In this document: positions 26,501-38,920 of the stretch, in pieces
Numbering within the stretch: the first letter of the stretch is position 1
Layout: every line of letters begins with the position of its first letter
Assembly (NCBI GenBank): GCA_030390025.1
Contig: CM059438.1
Coordinates: 65,846,001-65,910,000, forward strand
Length of the DNA: 64,000 nucleotides
Direction: 5' to 3'
Source of the DNA: Squalus acanthias
Lineage: Eukaryota
Program-made: the position numbers and the translations under genes
The notes under the pieces: model-generated
Seen by the model: the letters and a program-made list of their open reading frames with translations, nothing else
The model's database searches: none
Told to the model about the DNA's origin: nothing

Positions 26501-27934
26501 CTCCTCTTCATATGTCATTTGTTTCTATGTAAGTCACATATTTCTATGTTTCTATGTTTCATTCCCTTTTCAGAAGGTTTTCCACCCTTAGTGTGTCACC
26601 TGTGAAGCAACGCACCATTCGAGACTCACACTCACAGCTGCAAATCAGGTTTTCAATTCCTCTAATCATGGAATTCCTCCATAGCAATCAATTTCTATTT
26701 TCATGGCCAGTGTTTCGCTTTTGACCTTGGGTAACCCCTTGCTGTGATGTTACTCTTGATTACCGTGTATCTATTAGAAAAATCCAGGCCCATGGAATGT
26801 CCATCCTCTCTCCTCCTCCTCCTCCCCTTGTGGGTTGTCAACCATTTCCCATCCTCTCCTTCGCTATTCCTCTCAATTTGTGGGGTGCACACATTCTGGA
26901 ACATGCCCTATGTAATTAACAAAAACAGAGAAAATGGAATTGGCGAAACTCTAGTTTCTCTCCAAACCCTCCAAGATCAACTGTTTGTGCCAAAATTGAG
27001 AAGTGAGGAAGGAATGAAGGACAAGCCTATAGCCAATATGAGAGAAAGGTTTTCTCTGGTCACTATTTTTAGTGGAACCTGCATTCTTTTAGAAAACAAT
27101 TACGGGGTTTCTCTCAAAATAGCAAGCATAAGAAATCATACTATCGTGTTTAAGATGTGAGTCACACATAGCAACCGAAATAAATCACATTCCCTGATAT
27201 GCAGCTAAAGGAATTTCAAACTGGGATTCCTTTTAAAATCAATTGTTCTATTAGATATTATGATAAACATCCCTTCGTTCTGTCAGTCTTTTGTTGAATT
27301 TTAGAATAAGTTTTTAACAGTCATTACACAAGACCTCACTACAGCAACTGGAAGTGTTGGAAAATGGCTAACTTAATATTAACAAACAAAAATGGCTCAT
27401 CAAGGTTGCTTTATACAGTTGAGTTCTGTGTGTTCATTTCGCCCCCTCATTTCATTGAGCGGAATACTCTTCCTAGCCAGTTGCCCTCAATGATCCGAGT
27501 ACATACATATGCATACATTGAGCGACACACATGAATATTTTAAACACAGAGCCTTTTCATGGCTCAATAAAAACAAGGAGCTATTATATTTTTTTTTCAA
27601 AAGACTTCCTTCCTCATTGTTATCCTTGATATGAATTCTTCGGTTCTTGGAATATGCAGTAAGTTTAGTGCAGCTGCCAAATCACATCATTATCAATATC
27701 AGAAAAATATAAACTCATAAATTGTCTCATTGTATCGGCTCATACATAGATTTTTTTTCCCAAAAGATTGAAATTGCTTTGCAATAAAGGTAAGTGCTGA
27801 ACCAAATAAGAAAGAAAATCTCATTTGATCGGGTAAAAAAAAATGTTATGAATAAATTCTGATGAGGCATTTTGACAAATTCAGCCCGATTTGGATTTGG
27901 CTGGTGTTTCTTTAAGGAAATAAAGTTTTTTAAT

Positions 27935-28290
27935 AAGTGTCAAAAATTATGAAGGGTTTTGATAGAGTAAATAAGGTGGAAATGTTGCCACTGACATAAG
28001 GATCGGTAACCAGAGCACACAGATTTAACATAATTGGCAAAAGAACCAGAGGGGAGATGAGAAGACTGTTTATAGGCAGCAAGTTGATCTGCAATATTTT
28101 GCCTGAAATGATAGTGGAAGCAGATCTAATTGTACATTTCAAAAGGGAATTGGATATATACTTGAAGGGAAAACTTTTGTAGGGCTATGGGGAAAGAGCA
28201 GGGGAGCGGAACTAATTGGATAACTCTTTCAAAGAGCCAGCACAGGCATGATGGGCCAAATAACCTCCTTCTGTACTGTAAGATTCTATA
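27935..28290 (+). mobile_element. CR1 LINE 3' end
   Basis: AAAATTATGAAGGGTTTTGATAGAGT...ATGGGCCAAATAACCTCCTTCTGT..ATTCTAT; collinear with the other CR1 3' ends. Confidence 0.8.
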
Positions 28291-28929
28291 TAATGTTACA
28301 CTGTGAAACTCTTGCCACCATTTTGGCCACTCTGTGAGAGATTGACACTGTGTTGACCATTTTTTGCCATTCCTGGCCTGATGGTCCATCACTTTATTGT
28401 GGGAAGTCTGCCATGACAGTTTGTGTACCGCCAGGTCTCACCACGGCTTTCGGGCTGGATGGAACTACAAAGTCAGAGTCTGTTTCTTCCCAATAAACCC
28501 TCTTTTTTTCCTCCAAAGGTTTGCACTTGGATTATCAAAGAATATTCTCAAAATGTGGAAAATATGCAATGATTGTGTCAATGTAAAGGTTTGGAGTAGA
28601 CAAGCAACTGAGGCACGCAATTCTAATTTGGTTGAGGAACTTAAGGTTCACTATTTTGCTGAGTTTGTAAGAAATCTATGTTTTTTTCTTCAGAACTGCT
28701 TTGTTCAGAATCTTGGCAGATGACTCAAACTTGAATATCACAACTGTTACGATCTTTGAGATGAAGAAGCTTTGTCATCTATGATTTGCACAGTACAAAT
28801 TTTCAGAAGCTGTTGTGTATAGAGACAAGCTTTCTCTTTTATATCTTATCAAAGCTGTAATGGGTTTTCATTTCTGTCATCTATGTCACTACTCTTCCCC
28901 CCCACCCCACCCCCACATGAAGGCTTCTT

Positions 28930-29225
28930 TAGTTGGCTTAGGGGAGGGGCACTAATGTTGGCATCAGCATCCCCTGGACTAGGGAGGGGAGAACATCAAT
29001 CTTGATTCCTGCTTCTGATCACTATCCAGTGACTCATACTGGAAAGTGTGCATGGGTGGAAGGTCAGGTGAGTACAGGATCGACCTCAGCTGTGATTCCC
29101 CTTACATTCGAATAGCCTGCCGACACTCACTGTTTTGGTTCCCAAATGCAAAATGGCCACCTTGTGTGAGGTACTGGAGGGTTGCTGGTACCTATGGAAA
29201 CGTAACCCAGCAAGTAGGAGAGGAG
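28930..29225 (+). mobile_element. Old dispersed repeat, probably a SINE; related pieces near 23200-23530, 24590-25370 and 32910-33145 (minus)
   Basis: Shared motifs CTGCCGACACTCACTG and AATGGCCACTTG.G..AGGTACT seen by eye; family not identified. Confidence 0.5.
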
Positions 29226-29892
29226 AGAGGAAATAGTTCCCGAACAGGTTACTCTCTTTTTATGGACAATGACAGCAGTACAACTTGAATTTCTAAAGTC
29301 GACCAGCTAGTGATCTTTCTGTACTGTCAAATCCTGATAAGCACATTAGTATTTTGCTGGCAAATGTGCTTGAATCAGGATTATGCTTTGATAAGGATTT
29401 CTATAAACTGCAGATAAAAAAGCCAATTTGCAGTTCTTTGTATCACAGCCATTTGTTCATTTGTTCAGCAATTCGATCGACAGAGAAACAGATAACACGT
29501 AACAAAAACACACACTTTACACAGGAGTGATTTAGATTTCTAAAGCATCCTGTTATCTCGATACAGATTTAGAATGGACAAGAAATGAATTTCAAAGCAA
29601 ATGTTTTCCACTTGGAAGACACTTAAGGGATGAAATTCCTTTTTTTAGGAAAGACATGAGATTACCTGCTTTTTCTCAGGAATAACAACCTACTAATGAA
29701 ACTGCAGGATGTGCAGTTCAGAAACGTACGGTTTTTGAGAATGTGATTTTAGCATTGGACCAATAACTATGCAGAAAAAATATACGTTATCCATGTTTTC
29801 ATTATTATATTGTGAATACCATTAATAAACAGACTTTGGTTAGAATTGTGTATTTATGTCATATGATTGCATTTGGAACTGTCTGCAATAGG

Positions 29893-30148
29893 GATGAATG
29901 GGCAGTGATCATTAGAATTCTCTATAATTGGAGTAAATGGGCAGTGATTTAGTCCATTAGAATTCTCTATAATTGGAGTGAATGGGCAGTGGTTTAGTCC
30001 ATTAGAATTCTCTATAATTGGAGTGAATGGGCAGTGGTTTAGTCCATTGGAATTCTCTGTAATTGGAGTGAATCGGAAGTGGATTAGTCCACTAGAATTC
30101 TTTGTAATTGGAGTAAATGGGAAGTGGATTGGTCCATTGGTCCATTGA
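29893..30148. repeat. 45-bp minisatellite, about 5.5 copies
   Basis: Unit ATTAGAATTCTCTATAATTGGAGTGAATGGGCAGTGGTTTAGTCC starting at 29911, 29956, 30001, 30046 and 30091. Confidence 0.95.
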
Positions 30149-30335
30149 CATTACATGCAAAGATCATTTGGAGTCATCTGCACTTGAAACATTATCTATG
30201 TAATCTCCTGAACTAGGTTATGAATATGAAAATAAAACAGATCACATAACAGAAGCTCAAAGCTGATCTACTTTGCCACGTTCATAGATTTACGATAAAA
30301 GGGACAAGAAACAGATAGCATAATTTTCTAAGTAT

Positions 30336-31987
30336 TGTAGAATTCGCAATATATCGCGATTTTTATTAATAAGGAGAAAACACAGAGTTTCGTTCAAACA
30401 GCGTTTATTTCAGCAGAATGCTGTCAGGTTTCTCAAAGTGGACACAAGCAGCTTGTAAAATGGCCGCCGCACCTCGTGACGGAACATTCTAGACTTTTCG
30501 ACAGGCAGACAAGATGGCGTTCCAATAAACATTTGTGCAAGATCGATTAAAATTCAGCACCTTGAAGATAATACACGAGACATTATGGGTTTACAGTATA
30601 CAAATAAATACTGAAATCGGTCTCCCAGGTACGAATGAAAGCTATTGTACCGAGTAATCAAGGGCCCATCCAAAGACATTAATATGTAAAATCCCAACGA
30701 CTCTACGATGAGAGAGCCGTTAGCGAGTAGTTATACAAAACACTTGGAAGCCCCAAAACCCCTCCAGGGAGAACACCGACCGATTTAACAATGGGAGAAA
30801 TATTAACAGGTACTCAGACATTAACGAGTAGCCCCGAAACCCATTAAGAACGGAGATCACCCATACAAGACATTTGAGCGCCAAACCCAAACAAAAGAAA
30901 GGACATTAAGGTTGGGCGGGAAACGGAAGATTTTGTACTATAATTACAAGCTCCAACCGTCCATCTTTCTCTTATTCTCTTATCCGATCGACTCGTGACC
31001 TCGTGGCTGCTCCTGTGTTTTGACTCGTAGTCTTGTTCCTGCTTGCCTGGTGCCTCTTTGAAAAAAGACTGTTGAACTTTCTGATCCGTTCGGATCTACC
31101 TCGTGTCGCGTAACGAAGACCTATGTTGGTAACTGGCATCGGAACCAAAGGCCCGAGATGAGATGAGATGAGATGAGATGAGAAGAGAGGAAGACCATAC
31201 TCATCGCCACGGTCAGTAAGCCCCGACCACGCCTGTAGGTCGAATAGCCAAGTTTTCCTTGCTAGGGAGACTTCTTTGAACTTGCAAGAACAGACCTTGG
31301 AAGATCCTCCAAGATGATATTGACTGGTCTGTGAAACCCATTCGGACAGTGCCTGTTAAACCAACCAACGCAGATCTTCATCACAGCAGACGTTCCAGCC
31401 TGCTAGCCGGAGCAGAAGCAAGTAAACAAGTGGGACCAGGAGATCTCCTGATCGACACGTGGGTGCTGCGGTGAAAAACATCCGATCAGCTATTCGGAAT
31501 TTCTCCGAGTTATCACGAGTGGTGAGCATGAGTCTCGAAATCCTACGAATCTAGCTAGGACAGATATTGATAGGGGAGGGTTTAAGTATTAAGGATACTT
31601 GTAATGTGTGCCCCTATTTACGGTGTGTCGTTCGTTCCTCGTTTCCCTAGAATTAGCTATATAACTGCTTGTAAGATTGTACTGTCATTAATCTGTGCTT
31701 ATGACATGTATTTCGTAATCTTAAATATCATGCAATAAAGATTTTCCATTTCGTACCATTCAACCGAGTCTACATGAGTTTTATCTCCATTACTGCTCTC
31801 GCATCTAAGTCCAGTGTCTAGAACCGTAAGGGTGAGTGATTCGAACCACTCACAGGTGTGTCTAGTGCTCCCAGACTGGCTGGAGACCAGAACAGGCAAC
31901 AAGGCCTAAACCCGCACTGACATACAGGCTGCACAGAGCCGCGTGAATCTCACAGGCTGCGAGACACGCACGGTCAAATCCCTTACA
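30336..31987 (+). mobile_element. Long solo LTR (1652 bp)
   Basis: TGTA...TACA termini, 4-bp TSD GTAT (30332-30335 and 31988-31991), GC box 30914, TATAAT 30939, AATAAA 31734; CpG-rich relative to flanks. Confidence 0.8.
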
Positions 31988-32505
31988 GTATTATGGGTTG
32001 AGTTGAGCATTACTGATCTCCACATACATTCCCACTGCCTGATGCACTGATATATGGGGTACGCAGGAAATCAAATTGCAGCTTATACATTTAATATTTT
32101 ACAAGATTATTCCTCCCCAGTCCCTCCTTACTGCTTAATATAACCTTTGCGCTTTATTTTTTGCATTCTCATCTTAAAGGTCTTTTAAAAAATGGCCTCC
32201 ATTTCTCCCCCCTCCCCAAGTAGCAGGACCCTTGCCTTTTCAATTCCCCTCCCTCCAAAAGAGCAGCATTTCAGCACCCCCTTCCTCCCACTGAGCATCA
32301 CTTAAGCCTTCGGTTCCCCTCGCCACCACAGAGCATCTTTTCAGCCTCTGGCTTTGGCCACTCTCCCCTTCCACGCACCCCCCTCCTCCCACCTCCACAC
32401 ATTACCTGCTCCTCCTGCCACTGCGAATCATTTCAGGCCCCCATTAACCCCCATCTTCACTAAGCAACATTTTGCTCCCTGTCCACCTACTGAGCAGTAA
32501 ACATT

Positions 32506-32691
32506 GGGAGTAATTTTAACTTTGGGCGATAGTGTAGAATGGCCGATATCGAATTGACCGCCCATTATACACCCCGTCCCGTTTTCCCTTCTATTGATTT
32601 CAATGTAAAGAAAATATGAGCATTATGTATAATGGGTGGCCAATTCGATATCGCTCATTTTGCACCATCACCCAAAATTAAAATGACCTCC
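32506..32691. mobile_element. Fold-back (palindromic) MITE; related half copy at about 57842-57945
   Basis: Arms e.g. CGATATCGAATTGACCGCCCATTATACA and TGTATAATGGGTGGCCAATTCGATATCG around a central ATTGATTTCAAT. Confidence 0.75.
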
Positions 32692-33497
32692 ACTGTGTTG
32701 TCATTGTCAGGTAGTGGATTACCATTGGATAGCCCAGAAGTGGCTGCCAGTATTTGCAGTGTGGCAACACGTATAAAAGGACCAGGAGTAAGATTTTGTG
32801 AGTACAGAGAATGAGGTAGATGGCAATCCCATTTTAAATAGAGTCATCTCTTTATTTCAAATAGTGATCAGCAGAACGATGCTACATTTTTTTCTCAAAT
32901 TCTGTGCCCTCCTCTCATGTTGTGGTCTGCTTCTATGGGCATCAAGTGCCCTTGGTTACCTCACCCAGTGGCCATTCATCATATACGTGCCTAGCTGGTG
33001 ACTTTTGATGCACTATGCAACCATTGGGTGAGGGACTGTTACAGCTAAAACCTGCCCATGCCCAACTTCCCCACATCTGCATTTACCTGCAGCAATCACT
33101 GGATAGCAAACAACAGCGGGAATCTTGACTGATTTTTCCTCATCCCAAAGTGATTGGCCTTACTTCCAAAAGAGCAAAGTTTGGTAGATCTGGGCATTAG
33201 TTCTCTATAATTAAGACAATTATGTTTTAGCATCTAGCCTAATAAGTCAATCTGCTTCCTCTTTGTAGATGCTGTACCTTTAAAAATCTAATTCCAAAGA
33301 AGCTGGATATATCACATTAGGGTAAAATCACACAGGTGCATAAGATATACTTAAGAGAAGCATCAAGTACAATACTATATATCAGTTGTTACTAGAATTG
33401 GCTATTTCTGTGCTGATCCAGTGGCAATGAATCTGTTATTTTCCAGTTGGTAAGTGCAATATAAGTCTACACTCCGATCCCTTTTTTTGGAGACAAT

Positions 33498-34332
33498 GGG
33501 GGCGATTTTGTGACTGGGGGTGCGTTGGAGGCGGGACTGCTGCTTGTCGGATCAATGTCTCACCTCTATCGATTTGTGGCCAACCCACGCTATTTTCCCT
33601 TGATTGACCTTGTTGAGCCCACCCAGCGGGCTTAGCAGGCCAATCAAGGGAAAGCCGGTTGCAGAGCACGTCAACATATGACGTTTCATCTGTCAAAAAA
33701 TTTTCACAGATGCATTGTCATCGTTTGACAGCTCTGTGAAGCTGTCAAACACTGACATTCTCTGCAGTTTGAGGAGGTCTTGAATACAAGACCCCATCAA
33801 ACTTCTTTCTTTAACAGAATTGAGATGGTTGTTGCATCTGTGAATGCAACGGCCACCTGTCAATCCCAACGCGGAGGTCCGAGACTCTCCGCATAGACAC
33901 CAACTGAAGCCTGCAGGAAGAAACAAAGGTAAGTACACTTTTAAAAACACTTTGCACTTACCTCAGATACTCACCTCTCCACTCTTGCACCCATCACTTA
34001 CCTTCACACCACACTTTTGCAACCCCCCCGACCCCCGCAGACCCAGTACTCGCCTCACTGAGCTGGCGTGTTTTGGAGCCTTCGGGAAGCCCGCACTTGT
34101 GAGGGCAAAAAGGGGATAATCATATTTTCTGCCTGTTAACTACCTGTTAACAGGCAGTTAATAGGCATTAATCCCTTCCCGCCTCCAAGGAGATGGGACC
34201 CGGCGCGGAACGGCTACCCGCCTCCTGGGAAGATGGTATGGAGGCGGGTTGGGCACCCGCCCCCAAATTCTGCCATTTTCCTGGCAGTCTCGCCTCATTA
34301 CCCACCTCCTCAGGGCTGGCAAAATCGCCCCC
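33498..34332. mobile_element. Non-autonomous Harbinger-type DNA transposon (835 bp)
   Basis: Perfect 13-bp TIR GGGGGCGATTTTG / CAAAATCGCCCCC; 3-bp TSD AAT on both sides. Confidence 0.85.
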
Positions 34333-34914
34333 AATGAGTGCATTCTGACTCCAAGACCAAACAAACGGGAATTCCTTTCTAATGGATCCTGAACACATAA
34401 ACCAGTAACACGACTGCGGTATTTATAGGACACCATAAACCTTGAGCAGTTTGTTACATACACAGGACTGAGTGTGTATACAGCATGTGTGCAAGCAAGG
34501 AAATTAAATAAGGGGAGTTGAAAAGTTTAGTTTTGTTATGTAGTATGTTAGTTGATCACAAAATAATTACAAGGAAGGCCATTCAGCCCATCTTAATTCA
34601 TCCATCCAGAGAGGCCTAACATTCACCCCATTGTAGCATCCAATTGTTTCTTAAGTAATTCTAAGATTAACACCTCTACTAATATATCTTTCAATCTATT
34701 CCTCATATTGATCACTCTTTGTGTGGAAAAGAATTTGCCAATATCTGCCCTGAATTCACATTTTCTAGTTTGAACTGGTTTCTCCTTGTCCTACTCCTGC
34801 AATTGAAATTAATATTCTGGATCATTTTTGATTCCTGTATCAATTTTAAATAGATTTGTAAGATCATCTCTCAAATATTTTTTCACTACGTCTCTGTAAG
34901 GTACCTTGGGTCAT

Positions 34915-35507
34915 TCTTACATAGAATTACGTAGAATGTACAACACAGAAACAGGCCATTCGGCCCACCTGGTCCGTGCCGGCCTTTATGCTCCACATGA
35001 GCCTCCTCCCATCCCTCTTCATCTAACCCTATCGGCATATCCTTCTATTCCTTTTTCCCTCATGTATTTATCTAGCTTCCCCTTAAATGCATCTATGATA
35101 TTCACCTCAACTACTCCTTGTGGTAGCACATTCCACATTCGAGCAACTCTCTGGGTAAAGAAATGTCTCCTGAATTCCCTGTTGGATTTATTAGTGACTA
35201 TCTTATATTTATGGCCCCTAGTTTTGGTCTCCCCAAAAATGCAAACATCCTCCCTACGTCTACCCTATCAATCCCCTTCATAACCTTAAAGATTTCTATC
35301 AGGTCACCCCTTAGCCTTCTCTTTTCTAGAGAAAAGAGTCCCAGCCTGTTCAATCTTTCCTGATGGGTATAACCTCTCAGTTCTAGTATCATCCTAGTAA
35401 ATCTTTTTTGCACCTTCACCAGTGCCTCTATATCCTTTTTATAATATGGAGACCAGATCTGTGCACAGTACTCCAAGTCTGGCCTAATCAAGGTTCGATA
35501 CAAGTTC
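34915..35507 (-). mobile_element. CR1 LINE 3' fragment
   Basis: ORF 35198-35503: RPDLEYCAQIWSP, RRLRGDLIEIFK. Confidence 0.9.
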
Positions 35508-36936
35508 TACGTTAAAATTGTAATTCAAATGCAAATTGTTGCTGTATGTGTTGTACGTTAGTTTGGGTGCTGATCCCACATTGTATATAGGTTTATTATA
35601 AGATTGCCAATCATGCACTGACACTTACCTTTAAATAGCTGAAGATCGATAACAATAAACCGCATTCAATCATATTGAAAATATTGAATATTCTTCCTTT
35701 CTAGCCATCTGAGAGGGCCATTTAGTCCGTGTGACTTTCGAGTCATTTGATTGGTCTGTGGGAATGACCATGCCTATTATGCTGTCACCATTCCAGAAAT
35801 GTCATTGGTCCATGGGAGTCACATGCTAATGCCTCCATTTCTCTCACAGTGCTCTGGTCTGTGCTAACCATGTGACACATGCCTTCAATTAATTGGTTAC
35901 TGTGTCTTAACAGAGAGTTAGCAGCATTAATATTGCTTCCAGGCTTGTACAATTGAAAATAGTGAGGCTCTTGATAAAAATTTTCTCCAAATTCTGATAT
36001 ATTTAATTTAAACGTCCTCATTTAATTTCAATTAATGCTGGCTTTCATATATTTTACGTACTTTACAATCCAGCACTAGAGGCACCTTTAGGCTGAGGTT
36101 TGACTCATTTATCTTTTGTTCATCTATGAGGTTATCTATTTAAAGATGTGATGATTCTGTTTTTAAGGGGATTTTTCTTCTTCCCGGAATCTGCAGCCAT
36201 TGTTGGAGGCTTTAACCATTCCATCAGCCTCAACTGTTCCATCACCACTGAGTTTTTAACTGCTGGTATTTTTTTTAACCCCGCTCTTAACAGTATTTTT
36301 GCGTCTGAGTGAATGTCAACAGAAAGCAATTTGTGTCCCACATGGGTAAAGCAGATGCTGAGATTTCAAGCAAACACCATTCCAACAATCACTTTGGTTA
36401 CATTACTTTTCACTTAATTATTATTTATGAATCACAACTGACACATTACCCGCTGTGTTATTCTGAGAGATCCATCAGCTGCACTACTTTCAAGATAAAG
36501 ATGTATATTGGACACGCAAAAACAGCAACATTCACGCTCACAATCACAACAGTGGTGGACAGACATTCAAAGTATATTATATGCACCAGACAGGATACGG
36601 AGGGAATAAGTGATTTACAATATCACCCATGTAAATATCAAATGAATTTCCACTACACATTTAGACACAGGTGTGAGTAGAAGGGCACAGCACTGTTGGA
36701 ATATCATCAGCCATTATGGAAAATTCACTGTCCACTTCCTCATCTGTCTGTTTCTCTCTTTTTCCCTCGTAATATCTCCTTATTTGGTTCGGTGTCAGTT
36801 TTTGTTTCATTACACTTCTGTGAAGCGCCTTGCTACGTTTTCCTACATTAAAGGCGCTATATAAATGCAAATTGTTTTTGTTTAGTAGGCAAACAATGTA
36901 GTGTACTGAAAAATGCTCCTCAAAAGTATCTTAGTC

Positions 36937-37470
36937 ATAAAAACAGAAAATGCTGGAAACACTCAGCAGGTCAGGCAGCATCTGTGGAGAGAGAAACAGA
37001 GTTAACGTTTCAGGTCGATGACCTTTCATCAGAACTGGAAGAAGTTAAGAGATGTAATAGGTTTTAAGCAAGCACAGAGGCAGGGAAAGGGGGAGGGGAG
37101 GAAAGAAAAAAGGGGAAGGTCTGTGATAGGGTGGAATGCAGGACAGATTACAAGACAAAAGGGATGATGGTGCAAGGCAAAAGGGGATGGTAATGGAACA
37201 AGTAAAGAAACAAAAGATGGGTCTAGAGGAAGTGTAAATGGCAACAGCAGAATCATTACCAACAGCTGCTGTCTGAAAAAATGGGAGTGGTGGTTATGAT
37301 CTGAAATTGTTGAACTCAATGTTAAATCTGGAAGATTGTAAAGTGCCTAATCAAAAGTTGAAGTGCTGTTCCTAGAGGGCCCTGTCAACCACGGTGGAAG
37401 TGACCTGCTGTGTATTTCCAACATTTTCTGTTTTTATTTCAGATTTCCAACATCCGCACTCTTTTGCTTT
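36937..37470. mobile_element. Penelope-like element remnant (family B) with inverted end and 33-bp tail
   Basis: ATAAAAACAGAAAATGCTGG...CAGGTCA inverted at 37401-37437; 12-bp TSD AGTATCTTAGTC at 36925-36936 and 37471-37482. Confidence 0.85.
37000..37036 (-). ncRNA. Minimal type I hammerhead ribozyme motif
   Basis: Minus strand agtt-CTGATGA-A-AGGTC-atc-GACCT-GAAAC-GTT-aact: canonical core, helix II, palindromic AACGTT helix III, helix I agtt/aact. Confidence 0.85.
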
Positions 37471-38184
37471 AGTATCTTAGTCCTGTTTTCTTTACATTTT
37501 CTTCACCACCAGCTTATCATAGTATGACTGTCCACCTTAAGTAATTTCACTTTCATCATCTTAACACAAGGCTAAATTTCGGAAGAGAAAGTCCTTCCAA
37601 GGTTGTCCTCTTTCACACAGGAATTGGCTTCACCATATCAAAGCTTCTTCACATCAAAGAAAAACACCTTTTTAATCACACTCTCTTCACGTTCGAGCTA
37701 GTGAGGTGATTTGATGAAAGTTTACAAGCAGTTAAATTGTTGTCTTCAACAGTCAACTTATTTTTCATCATCTTCATCTGAGGCAATGTTCATAACATCA
37801 CATGGAAATAATTGTCATCACAAATTCTTCACACATCAGCAAAAGAAAAACCTTCCTATATATAAAAAACCTGACACAGGCAAGCAGCCAATTGCAATTG
37901 AAGATTTTCTCTTTGGTCCAATTTTCCCAGCAAGATGGATATGTGAGGTATCCGTTGACAGGTTTTATCTGTGCCCAATTTTCTGCTCTTAACTCAGCAA
38001 AAGGCATACTTAATCTCCCCTTAATCCTTGCGCTATCCGCACTGAGTCACTGTGCAGGTGGTACGTAAAGACTTCTCTTATCCTTTTAGCCGCCTTAATA
38101 ACTGCTGTTTTTCCCATGTGGCTGTAGCAGCTAACCTAATTTTCCTGGTGACTGCCCTTGGCATCTAAGGCTTCACAGGATGAC

Positions 38185-38920
38185 AAAAAATTACAGATGA
38201 GGAAAGCCATTTGACTCATCTTCATTTACCCAGTCAGAGTGAGGCTATAATTCACCCTCCCGCCCAACTGGTTCTTAAAGGATTCCAAGATTTTCACCTC
38301 CACTATTCTATCTGGGAGTCCATTCTGTGTGCTGATCAGTCTTTGTGTGAAGAATTTTCTGATATCAGTCCTAAACTTACCTTTTACTAGTTTGACCTGT
38401 GGCCCTTTATCTTGATCTCGCACCTTAATTTTCAATATTTACCTTTTCTATACCGTTTACAGTCTTGTGTAGGTCTTCAGGATCACCTCTCACACGTCTC
38501 CTTTCAAGGCTGAAAAGCCCAAACTTACTCCAATTTTTTCTCATAACTCAGACCACTAAGACTAGGGATCAGTCTTGTGGCACTCTCCTGCATGACCTCT
38601 AAAGCCTTTGGGTCTCAGCGACAGAACTGGATGCAGTACTCAAGGTGCAGTACTCAAGGTGCAGTCTGTGCAGTTTGATGATGACTTGTATTCTACTATT
38701 TCGGCTGTGTAATTTGACATTGTTTGTTGATCGTTGCTCTGCATTGATTGGACATGTTGAGCATCACATTTACGAAGACACTTGGGTCATTTTCAACTTT
38801 GTCCTTAACAATTTCAACCCCTATCTTAGAGTACCTGTGTTCATTTCTTTTCCTATGTGCAGTACTTTGTCTGCATTAAATTTCATCTGCCCACTTATAT
38901 CTTTCATCCAACTCATTCAA
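38185..38920 (-). mobile_element. Old, highly diverged CR1 3' portion
   Basis: ORF 38226-38435 KGKFRTDIRKFFTQRLI; GCAGTACTCAAGGTG (HLEYC on the minus strand). Confidence 0.7.

Noticed and set aside
35629..35708. Possible minus-strand micro-exon (CTCTCAG acceptor, AAG|GTAAGT donor)
   Set aside because: Good donor but weak pyrimidine tract and no recognisable peptide; such sites occur by chance
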